Positions 31,932 through 42,815 of a stretch of DNA of 64,000 nt are shown one piece after another. This stretch comes from a virus (Duplodnaviria; Caudoviricetes): the IMG/VR virus record IMGVR_UViG_3300035180_001680; one strand, written 5' to 3'. The notes under the pieces are model-generated. The model did no database searches. It was given only the letters and a program-made list of their open reading frames with translations, and was not told where the DNA came from. A program made the translations under genes and the position numbers. How positions within the stretch are numbered: the first letter of the stretch is position 1; every line of letters starts with the position of its first letter.

Positions 31932-32548
31932 TTTGAAAGTCCTTTGATGAATTCGTTGTATGGCTTAGCCCATTCTGGAACTTTTGCAATAACAGGTTCT
32001 GCTTCAGGAAATCTTCCTTTGATGACAGAACGAGCATAATATGAAGCCCACTGTGGATCTCTTGCAATAGCAGGTTCTCCTTCAGTCCATCTTCCTTTGA
32101 TGACATCACTAGCATACCAATAAGCCCAACGTGGATCTTTTGCAATAACAGATTCTGCTTCAGGAAATCTTCCTTTGATGACATCACGAGCATAATATGA
32201 AGCCCACTCTGGATGTTTTGCAATAACAGATTCTGCTTCAGGAAATCTTCCTTTGATGACTTGTTGAGCATACACATAAGCCCAATCTGCTTTTTTTGCA
32301 ATAACAGGTTCTGCTTCAGTAAATCTTCTTTCGATGACTTGTTGAGCATACCTATAAGCCCACCGTGGATCTTTTGCAACAACAGACTCTGCTTCTTTTT
32401 TCTGTTGTGCATTTAATTTTCCACTCTTTAATGCTTCAAAAGCCATCTCAGGCGTGGCCATGTGTTTTTTATCATATCCATGCAATTTTTCTGGGTTTGA
32501 ATGATATTTGTATAAATCCATTGCTTCGAATAGATCACGCAATTTCAT
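31928..32548 (-). CDS. Array unit 21 (206 aa, 5 repeats)
   Basis: Head, repeats and cap. Confidence 0.9.
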   Translation of the reverse strand: MKLRDLFEAMDLYKYHSNPEKLHGYDKKHMATPEMAFEALKSGKLNAQQKKEAESVVAKDPRWAYRYAQQVIERRFTEAEPVIAKKADWAYVYAQQVIKGRFPEAESVIAKHPEWASYYARDVIKGRFPEAESVIAKDPRWAYWYASDVIKGRWTEGEPAIARDPQWASYYARSVIKGRFPEAEPVIAKVPEWAKPYNEFIKGLSK

Positions 32549-33165
32549 TTCGAAAGTCCTTTAATAAATTCGTTGTATTTTTTAGCCCACTCTGGATTTT
32601 TTGCAATAGCAGGTTCTGCTTCAGGCCATCTTCCTTTGATGACATCACGAGCATACCAATAAGCATACTGTGGATCTTTTGCAATAGCAGGTTCTCCTTC
32701 AGGCCATCTTCCTTTGATGCTATCATCAGCATACTCATAAGCCCATTCTGGATCTTTTGCAATAGCAGGTTCTGCTTCAGGCCATCTTCCTTTGATGACA
32801 TTATGAGCATAATATGTGGCCCACTCTGGATGTTTTGCAATAACAGGTTCTGCTTTAGGCCATCTTCCTTCAATGATATCATCAGCATACCAATAAGCCC
32901 ACTGTGGGTTTTTTGCAATAACAGGTTCTGCCTCAGGCCATCTTCCTTGGATGATAGAACGAGCATACCAACAAGCAAACTTTGGATCTGTTGCAACAAC
33001 AGACTCTGCTTCTTTTTTCTGTTGCGCATTCAGTTTTCCACTCTCTAGTGCCTGATATGCCATCTCAGGCGTAGCCATGTGCTTTTTATCATATCCATGT
33101 AACTTCTCTGGATTTGAGTGGTATTTGTATAAATCCATCGCTTCGAATAAGTCACGTAGTTTCAT
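32545..33165 (-). CDS. Array unit 20 (206 aa, 5 repeats)
   Basis: Head, repeats and cap. Confidence 0.9.
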   Translation of the reverse strand: MKLRDLFEAMDLYKYHSNPEKLHGYDKKHMATPEMAYQALESGKLNAQQKKEAESVVATDPKFACWYARSIIQGRWPEAEPVIAKNPQWAYWYADDIIEGRWPKAEPVIAKHPEWATYYAHNVIKGRWPEAEPAIAKDPEWAYEYADDSIKGRWPEGEPAIAKDPQYAYWYARDVIKGRWPEAEPAIAKNPEWAKKYNEFIKGLSK

Positions 33166-33782
33166 TTTGAAAGTCCTTTGATGAATTCGTTGTATTTTTT
33201 AGCCCACTTTGGATCTTTTGCAATAACAGGTTCTCCTTCAGGCCATCTTCCTTTGATGACATAACGAGCATACTCATAAGCCCAACCTGGATCTTTTGCA
33301 ATAACAGGTTCTGCTTCAGTCCATCTTCCTTTGATGACATAACGAGCATACCAATAAGCCCACCTTGGGTCTTTTACAATAGCAGGTTCTGCCTTAGGCC
33401 ATCTTCCTTGGATGATAGAGCGAGCATATTCATAAGCCCAATCTGCTTTTTTTGCAATAACAGGTTCTGCTTCAGGCCATCTTCCTTTGATGACTTGTTG
33501 AGCATACACACAAGCCCAATCTGCTTTTTTTGCAATAACAGGTTCTGCTTCAGGAAATCTTCTTTCGATGACTTGTTGGGCGTACTCATAAGCCCACCGT
33601 GGATCTGTTGCAACAACAGATTCTGCTTCTTTCTTTTGTTGTGCATTTAATTTTCCACTCTTTAGTGCCTCATAAGCCATCTCAGGAGTAGCCATGTGTT
33701 TTTTATCATATCCATGTAACTTCTCTGGATTTGAATGATATTTGTATAAATCCATTGCTTCGAATAGATCACGTAATTTCAT
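33162..33782 (-). CDS. Array unit 19 (206 aa, 5 repeats)
   Basis: Head, repeats and cap. Confidence 0.9.
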   Translation of the reverse strand: MKLRDLFEAMDLYKYHSNPEKLHGYDKKHMATPEMAYEALKSGKLNAQQKKEAESVVATDPRWAYEYAQQVIERRFPEAEPVIAKKADWACVYAQQVIKGRWPEAEPVIAKKADWAYEYARSIIQGRWPKAEPAIVKDPRWAYWYARYVIKGRWTEAEPVIAKDPGWAYEYARYVIKGRWPEGEPVIAKDPKWAKKYNEFIKGLSK

Positions 33783-34399
33783 TTTGAAAGTCCTTTGATG
33801 TCTTGTTTATACCGTTTAGCATATGTTGGGTCTTTTGCAATAGCAGGTTCTCCTTCAATCCATCTTCCTTTGATGACATCACTAGCATACCAATAAGCCC
33901 AACGTGGATCTTTTGCAATAACAGATTCTGCTTCAGGAAATCTTCCTTTGATGACATCGCGAGCATACAACCAAGCCCATTCTGGATCTTTTACAATAAC
34001 AGATTCTGCTTCAGGAAATCTTCCTTTAATGACATCATGAGCGTACATATAAGCCGTCCGTGGATTTTTTGCAATAACAGATTCTGCTTCAGGAAATCTT
34101 CCTTTGATGAAATCACGAGCATACAAAAAAGCCCATTCTGGATCTTTTGCAATAACAGATTCTGCTTCAGGCCATCTTCCTTTGATGATATCATCAACAT
34201 ACCTATAAGCCCAACGTGGATCTTTTGCGATAACAGACTCTGCTTCTTTTTTCTGTTGTGCATTTAATTTTCCACCTTTTAATGCTCCAAAAGCCATCTC
34301 AGGCGTAGCCATGTGTTTTTTATCAAACCCATGCAATTTTTCTGGGTTTGAATGATATTTGTATAAATTCATCGCTTCGAATAAGTCGCGTAGTTTCAT
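33779..34399 (-). CDS. Array unit 18 (206 aa, 5 repeats)
   Basis: Cap allele DPTYAKRYKQDIKGLSK. Confidence 0.9.
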   Translation of the reverse strand: MKLRDLFEAMNLYKYHSNPEKLHGFDKKHMATPEMAFGALKGGKLNAQQKKEAESVIAKDPRWAYRYVDDIIKGRWPEAESVIAKDPEWAFLYARDFIKGRFPEAESVIAKNPRTAYMYAHDVIKGRFPEAESVIVKDPEWAWLYARDVIKGRFPEAESVIAKDPRWAYWYASDVIKGRWIEGEPAIAKDPTYAKRYKQDIKGLSK

Positions 34400-35094
34400 T
34401 TCGAAAGTCCTTTGATGAATTCGTTGTATTTTTTAGCCCACCTTGGATCTTTTACAATAGCAGGTTCTCCTTTAGGAAATCTTCCGTTGATGACATCATG
34501 AGCATACCAATAAGCCGTCCGTGGATTTTTTGCAACAGCAGGTTCTCCCTTAGGAAATCTTTCCTCGATGACATCACGAGCATACCAATAAGCATACTCT
34601 GGATCTTTTGCAATAACAGGTTCTGCTTCAGGCCATCTTCCTTTGATGACATTACGAACATACTCATAAGCCCATTCTGGATCTTTTGCAATAACAGGTT
34701 CCGCTTTAGGCCACCTTCCCTTAATGACATCATGAGCATACCAATAAGCATACTCTGGATCTTTTGCAATAACAGGTTCCGCTTTAGGCCACCTTCCCTT
34801 AATGACATCATGAGCATACCAATAAGCATACTCTGGATCTTTTGTAATAACAGGTTCCGCTTTAGGAAATCTTCCTTCAATGACATCACGAGCATACCAA
34901 TAAGCCCACTTTATATCTGTTGCAACAACAGATTCTGCTTCTTTTTTCTGTGGTGTATTTAATTTTCCACTCTTTAGTGCCTCATATGCCATCTGTGGAG
35001 TAGCCATGTGCTTTTTATCATATCCATGCAATTTCTCTGGATTCGAGTGATATTTGTATAAATCCATCGCTTCGAATAGATCACGTAGTTTCAT
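34396..35094 (-). CDS. Array unit 17 (232 aa, 6 repeats)
   Basis: Contains an exact 78-bp tandem duplication at 34676-34844. Confidence 0.9.
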   Translation of the reverse strand: MKLRDLFEAMDLYKYHSNPEKLHGYDKKHMATPQMAYEALKSGKLNTPQKKEAESVVATDIKWAYWYARDVIEGRFPKAEPVITKDPEYAYWYAHDVIKGRWPKAEPVIAKDPEYAYWYAHDVIKGRWPKAEPVIAKDPEWAYEYVRNVIKGRWPEAEPVIAKDPEYAYWYARDVIEERFPKGEPAVAKNPRTAYWYAHDVINGRFPKGEPAIVKDPRWAKKYNEFIKGLSK

Positions 35095-35789
35095 TTTGAA
35101 AGTTCTTTGATGTATTGTTTATAATATTTAGCATACTCTGGATCTTTTGCAATAACAGATTCTCCTTTAGGAAATCTTTCTTTGATGACATCATGAGCGT
35201 ACATATAAGCCGTCCGTGGATTTTTTGCAATAGCAGGTTCTCCTTCAGGCCATCTTCCTTTGATGACATCACGAGCATACCAAAAAGCATAATCTGGATC
35301 TTTTGCAATGACAGATTCTCCTTTAGGAAATCTTTCTTTAATGATATAACGAGCATACTCATAAGCCCAATCTGCTTTTTTTGCAACAGCAGGTTCTCCT
35401 TTAGGAAATCTTTCTTTGATGATATCATGAGCGTACATATAAGCCATCCGTGGATCTTTTGCAATAACAGATTCTGCTTCAGGAAATCTTCCTTTGATGA
35501 AATCACGAGCATACAAAAAAGCCCATTCTGGATCTTTTGCAATAGCAGGTTCTCCTTTAGGAAATCTTTCTTTGATGACATTACTGACATACCAATAAGC
35601 CCACTTTGTATCTGTTGCAACAACAGACTCTGCTTCTTTTTTCTGTTGTGCATTTAGTTTTCCACTCTTTAGTGCCTCATATGCCATCTCAGGCGTAGCC
35701 ATGTGCTTTTTATCATATCCATGCAATTTCTCTGGATTTGAGTGGTATTTGTATAAGTTCATCGCTTCGAATAAGTCACGTAATTTCAT
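35091..35789 (-). CDS. Array unit 16 (232 aa, 6 repeats)
   Basis: Head, repeats and cap. Confidence 0.9.
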   Translation of the reverse strand: MKLRDLFEAMNLYKYHSNPEKLHGYDKKHMATPEMAYEALKSGKLNAQQKKEAESVVATDTKWAYWYVSNVIKERFPKGEPAIAKDPEWAFLYARDFIKGRFPEAESVIAKDPRMAYMYAHDIIKERFPKGEPAVAKKADWAYEYARYIIKERFPKGESVIAKDPDYAFWYARDVIKGRWPEGEPAIAKNPRTAYMYAHDVIKERFPKGESVIAKDPEYAKYYKQYIKELSK

Positions 35790-36484
35790 TTTGAAAGTCC
35801 TTTGATGAATTCTTTGTAATTTTTAGCCAGGTGTGGATCTTTTGCAATGACAGATTCTGCTTCAGGAAATCTTTCCTTGATGACATCACGAGCATACCCA
35901 TAAGCATAATCTGGATCTTTTGCAATAGCAGGTTCTCCTTTGGGAAATCTTTCTTTAATGACATCACGAGCATAACTATAAGCCCACCGTGGATCTTTTG
36001 CAATAACAGGTTCTGCTTCAGGAAATCTTCCTTTGATGACAGAATGAGCATACCAATAAGCATACTCTGGATCTTTTGCAATAACAGGTTCTCCTTTAGG
36101 AAATCTTCCTTTGATGACATCACGAGCATAATATGAAGCCCACCGTGGATCTTTTGCAATAACAGACTCTGCTTCAGGAAAGCTTCCTTTGATGACATCA
36201 CGAGCATAATATGAAGCAAACTTTGGATCTGTTGCAACAACAGGTTCTCCTTCAGGAAATCTTCCTTTGATGACATCACGAGCATAATATGAAGCAAACT
36301 TTGGATCTGTTGCAACAACAGATTCTGCTTCTTTCTTTTGTTGTGCATTCAGTTTTCCACTCTCTAGTGCCTCATAGGCCATCTCAGGAGTAGCCATGTG
36401 TTTTTTATCATATCCATGTAACTTCTCTGGATTCGAGTGGTATTTGTATAAATCCATTGCTTCGAGTAGATCACGCAATTTCAT
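35786..36484 (-). CDS. Array unit 15 (232 aa, 6 repeats)
   Basis: Leader MKLRDLLEA. Tandem DPKFASYYARDVIKG modules. Confidence 0.9.
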   Translation of the reverse strand: MKLRDLLEAMDLYKYHSNPEKLHGYDKKHMATPEMAYEALESGKLNAQQKKEAESVVATDPKFASYYARDVIKGRFPEGEPVVATDPKFASYYARDVIKGSFPEAESVIAKDPRWASYYARDVIKGRFPKGEPVIAKDPEYAYWYAHSVIKGRFPEAEPVIAKDPRWAYSYARDVIKERFPKGEPAIAKDPDYAYGYARDVIKERFPEAESVIAKDPHLAKNYKEFIKGLSK

Positions 36485-37179
36485 TTTGAAATTCCTTTAA
36501 TAAATTCTTTGTATTTTTTGGTCCATTCTGAATCTTTTGCAATAATAGGTTCTGCTTCAGGAAATCTTCCTTTGATGACATAACGAGCATACCAATAAGC
36601 CCAACCTGAATCTTTTGCAATAATAGGTTCTGCTTCAGGAAATCTTCCTTTGATGACATTACGAGCATACCAATAAGCCCACTGTGGGTTTTTTGCAATA
36701 ACCGGTTCTGCTTCAGACCATCTTCCTTTAGTGACATCACGAGCATAATCATAAGCCCATTTTGGATGTTTTGCAATAGCAGGTTCTGCTTCAGGCCATC
36801 TTCCTTTGATGACATCACGAGCGTACGTATAAGCCGACCGTGGATCTTTTGCAATGACAGATTCTCCTTTAGGAAATCTTTCTTTGATGACATTACAAGC
36901 ATACCAATAAGCCCATTCAGGATCTTTTGCAATAACAGGTTCTGCCTTAGGCCATCTTCCTTGGATGACATCACGAGCATAATATGAAGCAAACTCTGGA
37001 TCTGTTACAACAACAGATTCTGCTTCTTTCTTTTGTTGTGCATTTAATTTTCCACTCTTTAGTGCCTCATAAGCCATCTCAGGCGTAGCCATGTGTTTTT
37101 TATCAAACCCATGCAATTTTTCTGGGTTTGAATGATATTTGTATAAATCCATTGCTTCGAGTAGATCACGCAATTTCAT
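36481..37179 (-). CDS. Array unit 14 (232 aa, 6 repeats)
   Basis: Leader MKLRDLLEA. Confidence 0.9.
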   Translation of the reverse strand: MKLRDLLEAMDLYKYHSNPEKLHGFDKKHMATPEMAYEALKSGKLNAQQKKEAESVVVTDPEFASYYARDVIQGRWPKAEPVIAKDPEWAYWYACNVIKERFPKGESVIAKDPRSAYTYARDVIKGRWPEAEPAIAKHPKWAYDYARDVTKGRWSEAEPVIAKNPQWAYWYARNVIKGRFPEAEPIIAKDSGWAYWYARYVIKGRFPEAEPIIAKDSEWTKKYKEFIKGISK

Positions 37180-37718
37180 TTTGAAATTCCTTTAATAAAT
37201 TCTTTGTATTTTTTGGTCCATTTTGGATGTTTTGCAATAGCAGGTTCTGCTTCAGGAAATCTTCCTTTGATGACAGAACGAGCATACCAACAAGCCCATT
37301 CTGGATCTTTTGCAATAGCAGGTTCTCCTTTAGGAAATCTTTCTTTGATGACACTACAAGCATACCAATAAGCCCATTCAGGATCTTTTGCAATAGCAGG
37401 TTCTCCTTTAGGAAATCTTCCTTTGATGACATCACGAGCATAACTATAAGCCCACTGTGGATCTGTTGCAATAACAGGTTCTGCCTTAGGCCATCTTCTT
37501 TGGATGACAGAACGAGCATACCAATAAGCAAACTCTGGATCTGTTACAATAACAGATTCTGCTTCTTTCTTTTGTTGTGCATTCAGTTTTCCGCTCTCTA
37601 GTGCCTGATATGCCATCTGTGGAGTAGCCATGTGCTTTTTATCAAACCCATGCAATTTCTCTGGATTCGAGTGATATTTGTATAAATCCATTGCTTCGAG
37701 TAAGTCACGTAATTTCAT
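37176..37718 (-). CDS. Array unit 13 (180 aa, 4 repeats)
   Basis: Leader MKLRDLLEA. Confidence 0.9.
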   Translation of the reverse strand: MKLRDLLEAMDLYKYHSNPEKLHGFDKKHMATPQMAYQALESGKLNAQQKKEAESVIVTDPEFAYWYARSVIQRRWPKAEPVIATDPQWAYSYARDVIKGRFPKGEPAIAKDPEWAYWYACSVIKERFPKGEPAIAKDPEWACWYARSVIKGRFPEAEPAIAKHPKWTKKYKEFIKGISK

Positions 37719-38335
37719 TTCGAAAGTCCTTTGATGAATTCGTTGTAATTTTTAGCCAGGTGTGGATCTTTTGCAATAGCAGATTCTGCTTCAGGAAATC
37801 TTCCTTTAATGACATAACGAGCATACGTATAAGCCCACTGTGGATCTTTTGCAATGACAGATTCTCCTTTAGGAAATCTTTCTTTGATGACTTGTTGAGC
37901 ATACACATAAGCCCAATCTGCTTTTTTTGCAATAGCAGGTTCTCCTTTAGGAAACCTTCCTTCGATAACATTACGAGCATACAAACAAGCCCACTCTGGA
38001 TCTTTTGCAATGACAGATTCTCCTTTAGGAAATCTTTCTCCAATGACATCTATAGCATACTCATAAGCCAACTCTGGATCTTTTGCAATAATAGGTTCTC
38101 CTTTAGGAAACCTTCCTTTGATGACATTACGAGCATACTCATAAGCAAACTTTGGATCTGTTGCAACAACAGATTCTGCTTCTTTTTTCTGTGGTACATT
38201 TAATTTTCCACTCTTTAGTGCCTCATAGGCCATCTCAGGAGTAGCCATGTGCTTTTTATCATATCCATGTAACTTCTCTGGATTTGAATGATATTTGTAT
38301 AAATCCATCGCTTCGAATAGATCACGTAATTTCAT
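37715..38335 (-). CDS. Array unit 12 (206 aa, 5 repeats)
   Basis: Head, repeats and cap. Confidence 0.9.
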   Translation of the reverse strand: MKLRDLFEAMDLYKYHSNPEKLHGYDKKHMATPEMAYEALKSGKLNVPQKKEAESVVATDPKFAYEYARNVIKGRFPKGEPIIAKDPELAYEYAIDVIGERFPKGESVIAKDPEWACLYARNVIEGRFPKGEPAIAKKADWAYVYAQQVIKERFPKGESVIAKDPQWAYTYARYVIKGRFPEAESAIAKDPHLAKNYNEFIKGLSK

Positions 38336-38952
38336 TTTGAAAGTCCTTTGATGAATTCGTTGTATGGCTTAGCCCACTGTGGATCTTTTGCAATAACAGG
38401 TTCTGCTTCAGGCCATCTTCCTTTGATGACATGACGAGCATACCAATAAGCCCAACCTGGATCTTTTGCAATAACAGGTTCTGCTTCAGGCCATCTTCCC
38501 CTGATGACATCACGAGCATACGGACAAGCCCGCGTTGGATCTGTTGCAATAGCAGGTTCTCCTTTAGGAAATCTTCCTTTGATGATATCATCAGCATAAT
38601 TATAAGCCCAACGTGGATCTTTTGCAATAACAGGTTCTGCTTCAGGAAATCTTTCTTTGATGACATCACGAGCATACAAAAAAGCCCATTCTGGATCTTT
38701 TGCAATAGCAGGTTCTCCTTTAGGAAATCTTTCTTTGATGACATTACAAGCATACCAATAAGCCCACTGTGGGTTTTTTGCAACAACAGACTCTGCTTCT
38801 TTTTTCTGTTGTGCGTTTAATTTTCCATCTTTTAATGCTCCACAAGCCATCTCAGGCGTAGCTATGTGCTTTTTATCATATCCAGGTAACGTCTCTGGAT
38901 TCGAGTGATATTTGTATAAATCCATCGCTTCGAATAGATCACGTAATTTCAT
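38332..38952 (-). CDS. Array unit 11 (206 aa, 5 repeats)
   Basis: Head variant ETLPGYDKKHI, shared with unit 2. Confidence 0.9.
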   Translation of the reverse strand: MKLRDLFEAMDLYKYHSNPETLPGYDKKHIATPEMACGALKDGKLNAQQKKEAESVVAKNPQWAYWYACNVIKERFPKGEPAIAKDPEWAFLYARDVIKERFPEAEPVIAKDPRWAYNYADDIIKGRFPKGEPAIATDPTRACPYARDVIRGRWPEAEPVIAKDPGWAYWYARHVIKGRWPEAEPVIAKDPQWAKPYNEFIKGLSK

Positions 38953-39645
38953 TTTGAAAGTCCTTTGATGAATTCGTTGTATTTTTTAGCCCATCTTAGA
39001 TCTTTTACAATAGCAGGTTCTCCTTCAGGCCATCTTCCTTCGATGAAATCACGAGCATACCAATAAGCATACTGTGGGTTTTTTGCAATAGCCGGTTCTC
39101 CTTCAGGCCATTTTCCTTTGATGATATCATCAACATATATAAGCCCAATTTGCTTTTTTTGCAATAACAGATTCTGCTTCAGGAAATCTTCCTTTGATGA
39201 CATTATAAGCATACTCATAAGCCCACCGTGGATCTTTTGCAATAGCAGGTTCTCCTTCAGGCCATCTTCCTTTAATGAAATCGCGAGCATAATTATAAGC
39301 CCAATGTGGATCTTTTGCAATAACAGGTTCTACTTCAGGCCATCTTCCTTTGATGACATAACGAGCATACCAATAAGCCCATTCTGGATCTTTTGCAATA
39401 ACAGATTCTGCTTTAGGCCATCTTCCTTTAATGACATAATGAGCATACTCATAAGCCCATTCTGGATCTTTTGCAACAACAGATTCTGCTTCTTTTTTCT
39501 GTTGTGCATTCAGTTTTCCACTCTTTAGTGCCTCATATGCCATCTGTGGAGTAGCCATGTGTTTTTTATCATATCCATGTAACTTCTCTGGATTCGAGTG
39601 GTATTTGTATAAATCCATTGCTTCGAATAGATCACGTAGTTTCAT
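38949..39645 (-). pseudogene. Array unit 10, frameshifted (would be 232 aa, 6 repeats)
   Basis: 697 nt instead of 699. A 2-nt loss in a TATATAT run at about 39135-39141 gives ...WAYIC*, and the rest continues in another frame. Confidence 0.8.
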
Positions 39646-40262
39646 TTCGAAAGTCCTTTGATGTCTTGTTTATACCGTTTAGCATATGTTGGATCTTTTG
39701 CAATAACAGGTTCTGCTTCAGGAAATCTTCCTTTGATGACATCACGAGCATACCCATAAGCAAACTCTGGATCTTTTGCAATAACAGGTTCTGCTTTAGG
39801 CCATCTTCCTTTGATGACATCATGAGTATACCAATAAGCCGACTTTGGATATTTTGCAATAACAGATTCTGCTTCAGAAAATCTTCCTTTGATGACATCA
39901 CGAGCATAATATGAAGCCCAACCTGGATCTTTTGCAATAACAGGTTCTGCTTCAGGCCATCTTCCTTTGATGACATCACGAGCATACAAACAAGCCCACT
40001 GTGGATTTTTTGCAATAGCAGGTTCTCCTTTAGGAAATCTTCTTTCGGTGACATCACGAGCATAATAATGAGCCAACTCTGGAACTTTTGCAATAACAGA
40101 CTCTGCTTCTTTTTTCTGTTGTGCGTTTAATTTTCCACTCTTTAGTGCCTCATAGGCCATCTCAGGAGAAACCATGTGCCTTTTATCATATCCATGTAAC
40201 TTCTCTGGATTTGAGTGGTATTTGTATAAATTCATTGCTTCGAATAAGTCACGTAGTTTCAT
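39642..40262 (-). CDS. Array unit 9 (206 aa, 5 repeats)
   Basis: Cap allele DPTYAKRYKQDIKGLSK. Confidence 0.9.
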   Translation of the reverse strand: MKLRDLFEAMNLYKYHSNPEKLHGYDKRHMVSPEMAYEALKSGKLNAQQKKEAESVIAKVPELAHYYARDVTERRFPKGEPAIAKNPQWACLYARDVIKGRWPEAEPVIAKDPGWASYYARDVIKGRFSEAESVIAKYPKSAYWYTHDVIKGRWPKAEPVIAKDPEFAYGYARDVIKGRFPEAEPVIAKDPTYAKRYKQDIKGLSK

Positions 40263-40879
40263 TTCGAAAGTCCTTTAATAAATTCGTTGTAATTTTTAGT
40301 CGACTGTAGGTTTTTTGCAATAGCAGGTTCTCCTTCAGGCCATCTTCCTTTGATGACATGACGAGCATAATATGAAGCCCACCGTGGAGCTTTTGCAATA
40401 GCAGGTTCTCCTTCAGGCCATCTTCCTTTGATGACATCACGAGCATACCCATAAGCATACTCTGGGTGTTTTGCAATGACAGATTCTCCTTTAGGAAATC
40501 TTTCTTCGATGACATAACGAGCATAATATGAAGCCCATTGTGGATCTTTTGCAATAGCAGGTTCTCCTTCAGGCCATCTTCCTTTAATGACACCATGAGC
40601 ATACCAATAAGCATACTCTGGGTGTTTTGCAATGATAGATTCTCCTTTAGGAAATCTTTCTTTGATGACTCGTTGAGCATACTCATAAGCCCACTGTGGA
40701 TCTGTTGCAACAACAGACTCTGCTTCTTTTTTCTGTTGTGCATTCAGTTTTCCACTCTCTAGTGCCTCATAAGCCATCTCAGGAGTAGCCATGTGCTTTT
40801 TATCAAACCCATGCAATTTTTCTGGGTTTGAATGATATTTGTATAAATCCATTGCTTCGAATAAGTCACGTAATTTCAT
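40259..40879 (-). CDS. Array unit 8 (206 aa, 5 repeats)
   Basis: Head, repeats and cap. Confidence 0.9.
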   Translation of the reverse strand: MKLRDLFEAMDLYKYHSNPEKLHGFDKKHMATPEMAYEALESGKLNAQQKKEAESVVATDPQWAYEYAQRVIKERFPKGESIIAKHPEYAYWYAHGVIKGRWPEGEPAIAKDPQWASYYARYVIEERFPKGESVIAKHPEYAYGYARDVIKGRWPEGEPAIAKAPRWASYYARHVIKGRWPEGEPAIAKNLQSTKNYNEFIKGLSK

Positions 40880-41730
40880 TTTGAAATTCCTTTAATAAAT
40901 TCGTTGTATTTTTTAGCCCACTTTGGATGTTTTGCAATAACAGATTCTGCTTCAGGAAATCTTCCCCTGATGACATTATGAGCATACCAATAAGCCCAAC
41001 GTGGATCTTTTGCAATAACAGGTTCTGCTTCAGGCCATCTTCCTTTAATGAAATCACGAGCATACGTATAAGCCCAATCTGCTTTTTTTGCAATAGCAGG
41101 TTCTGCTTCAGGCCATCTTCCTTTGATGACATCACGAGCATACAAAAAAGCCCGTTCTGGATCTTTTGCAATAGCAGGTTCTCCTTTAGGAAATCTTTCT
41201 TTGATGACAAAATGAGCGTAATATGAAGCCCACTGTGGATCTGTTGCAATAGCAGGTTCTCCTTTAGGCCATCTTCCTTTAATGACATCACGAGCATAAC
41301 TATAAGCATACCCTGGAACTTTTGCAATAGCAGGTTCTGCTTCAGGCCATCTTTCTTTGATGACATCACGAGCGTACCAATAAGCCGACTCTGGAACTTT
41401 TGCAAAGACAGATTCTCCTTCAGGCCATCTTCCTTTGATGACATCACGAGCATACCAATAAGCCAACTCTAGATCTTTTGCAATAACAGGTTCTCCTTTA
41501 GGAAACCTTCCTTTGATGAAATCACGAGCGTACTCATAAGCCCATCTTGGATCTTTTGCAACAACAGATTCTGCTTCTTTTTTCTGTTGTGCATTTAATT
41601 TTCCACCTTTTAATGCTTCAAAAGCCATCTCAGGAGTAGCCATGTGTTTTTTATCAAACCCATGCAATTTCTCTGGATTCGAGTGATATTTGTATAAATC
41701 CATTGCTTCGAATAAGTCACGTAGTTTCAT
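40876..41730 (-). CDS. Array unit 7 (284 aa, 8 repeats)
   Basis: Head, repeats and cap. Confidence 0.9.
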   Translation of the reverse strand: MKLRDLFEAMDLYKYHSNPEKLHGFDKKHMATPEMAFEALKGGKLNAQQKKEAESVVAKDPRWAYEYARDFIKGRFPKGEPVIAKDLELAYWYARDVIKGRWPEGESVFAKVPESAYWYARDVIKERWPEAEPAIAKVPGYAYSYARDVIKGRWPKGEPAIATDPQWASYYAHFVIKERFPKGEPAIAKDPERAFLYARDVIKGRWPEAEPAIAKKADWAYTYARDFIKGRWPEAEPVIAKDPRWAYWYAHNVIRGRFPEAESVIAKHPKWAKKYNEFIKGISK

Positions 41731-42815
41731 TTCGAAAGTCCTTTGATGAATTCGTTGTATTTTTTAGTCCATCTTGGATCTTTTGCAATAACAGATTCTG
41801 CTTCAGGCCATCTTCCTTTAATGACATGACGAGCATACCAATAAGCATACTCTGGATGTTTTACAATAGCAGGTTCTCCTTCAGACCATCTTCCTTTGAT
41901 GACATAACGAGCATACTCATAAGCCCACCGTGGGTTTTTTGCAATAACAGGTTCTCCTTCAGGCCATCTTCCTTTGATGACATAATGAGCATACACACAA
42001 GCCCACTGTGGATCTTTTGCAATAACAGGTTCTCCTTTAGGAAACCTTCCTTTGATGACATTGAGAGCATACTCATAAGCCAACTCTGGATCTTTTGCAA
42101 TAACAGGTTCTCCTTTAGGAAACCTTCCTTTGATGACATTGAGAGCATACGCATAAGCCCAATATGCTTTTTTTGCAATAGCAGGTTCTCCTTCAGGCCA
42201 TCTTCCTTTAATGAAATCACGAGCATACATATAAGCCCAACCTGGATCTTTTGCAATAACATGTTCTACTTCAGGCCATCTTCCTTTGATGACATAACGA
42301 GCATACTCACAAGCCCAATGTGGATCTTTTGCAATAGCAGGTTCTCCTTTAGGAAACCTTCCTTTAATGAAATCATGAGCATACGTATAAGCCCAATCTG
42401 CTTTTTTTGCAATAGCGGGTTCTCCTTCAGGCCATCTTCCTTTGATGAAATTACGAGCATACGCATAAGCCCACTTTGGATCTTTTGCAATAACAGGTTC
42501 TCCTTTAGTAAACCTTCCTTTGATGACATCTGTAGCATACTCATAAGCCAACTCTGGAACTTTTGCAATGACAGATTCTGCTTTAGGCCATCTTCCTTTG
42601 ATGACATTACGAGCATACCTATAAGCCCACGTTGTATCTGTTGCAACAACAGATTCTGCTTCTTTCTTTTGTTGTGCATTTAATTTTCCACTCTTTAGTG
42701 CCTCATAGGCCATCTCAGGAGTAGCCATGTGTTTTTTATCAAACCCATGCAATTTTTCTGGATTCGAGTGGTATTTGTATAAATCCATTGCTTCGAATAA
42801 GTCACGTAGTTTCAT
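41727..42815 (-). CDS. Array unit 6 (362 aa, 11 repeats, longest)
   Basis: Head, 11 repeats and cap. Confidence 0.9.
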   Translation of the reverse strand: MKLRDLFEAMDLYKYHSNPEKLHGFDKKHMATPEMAYEALKSGKLNAQQKKEAESVVATDTTWAYRYARNVIKGRWPKAESVIAKVPELAYEYATDVIKGRFTKGEPVIAKDPKWAYAYARNFIKGRWPEGEPAIAKKADWAYTYAHDFIKGRFPKGEPAIAKDPHWACEYARYVIKGRWPEVEHVIAKDPGWAYMYARDFIKGRWPEGEPAIAKKAYWAYAYALNVIKGRFPKGEPVIAKDPELAYEYALNVIKGRFPKGEPVIAKDPQWACVYAHYVIKGRWPEGEPVIAKNPRWAYEYARYVIKGRWSEGEPAIVKHPEYAYWYARHVIKGRWPEAESVIAKDPRWTKKYNEFIKGLSK

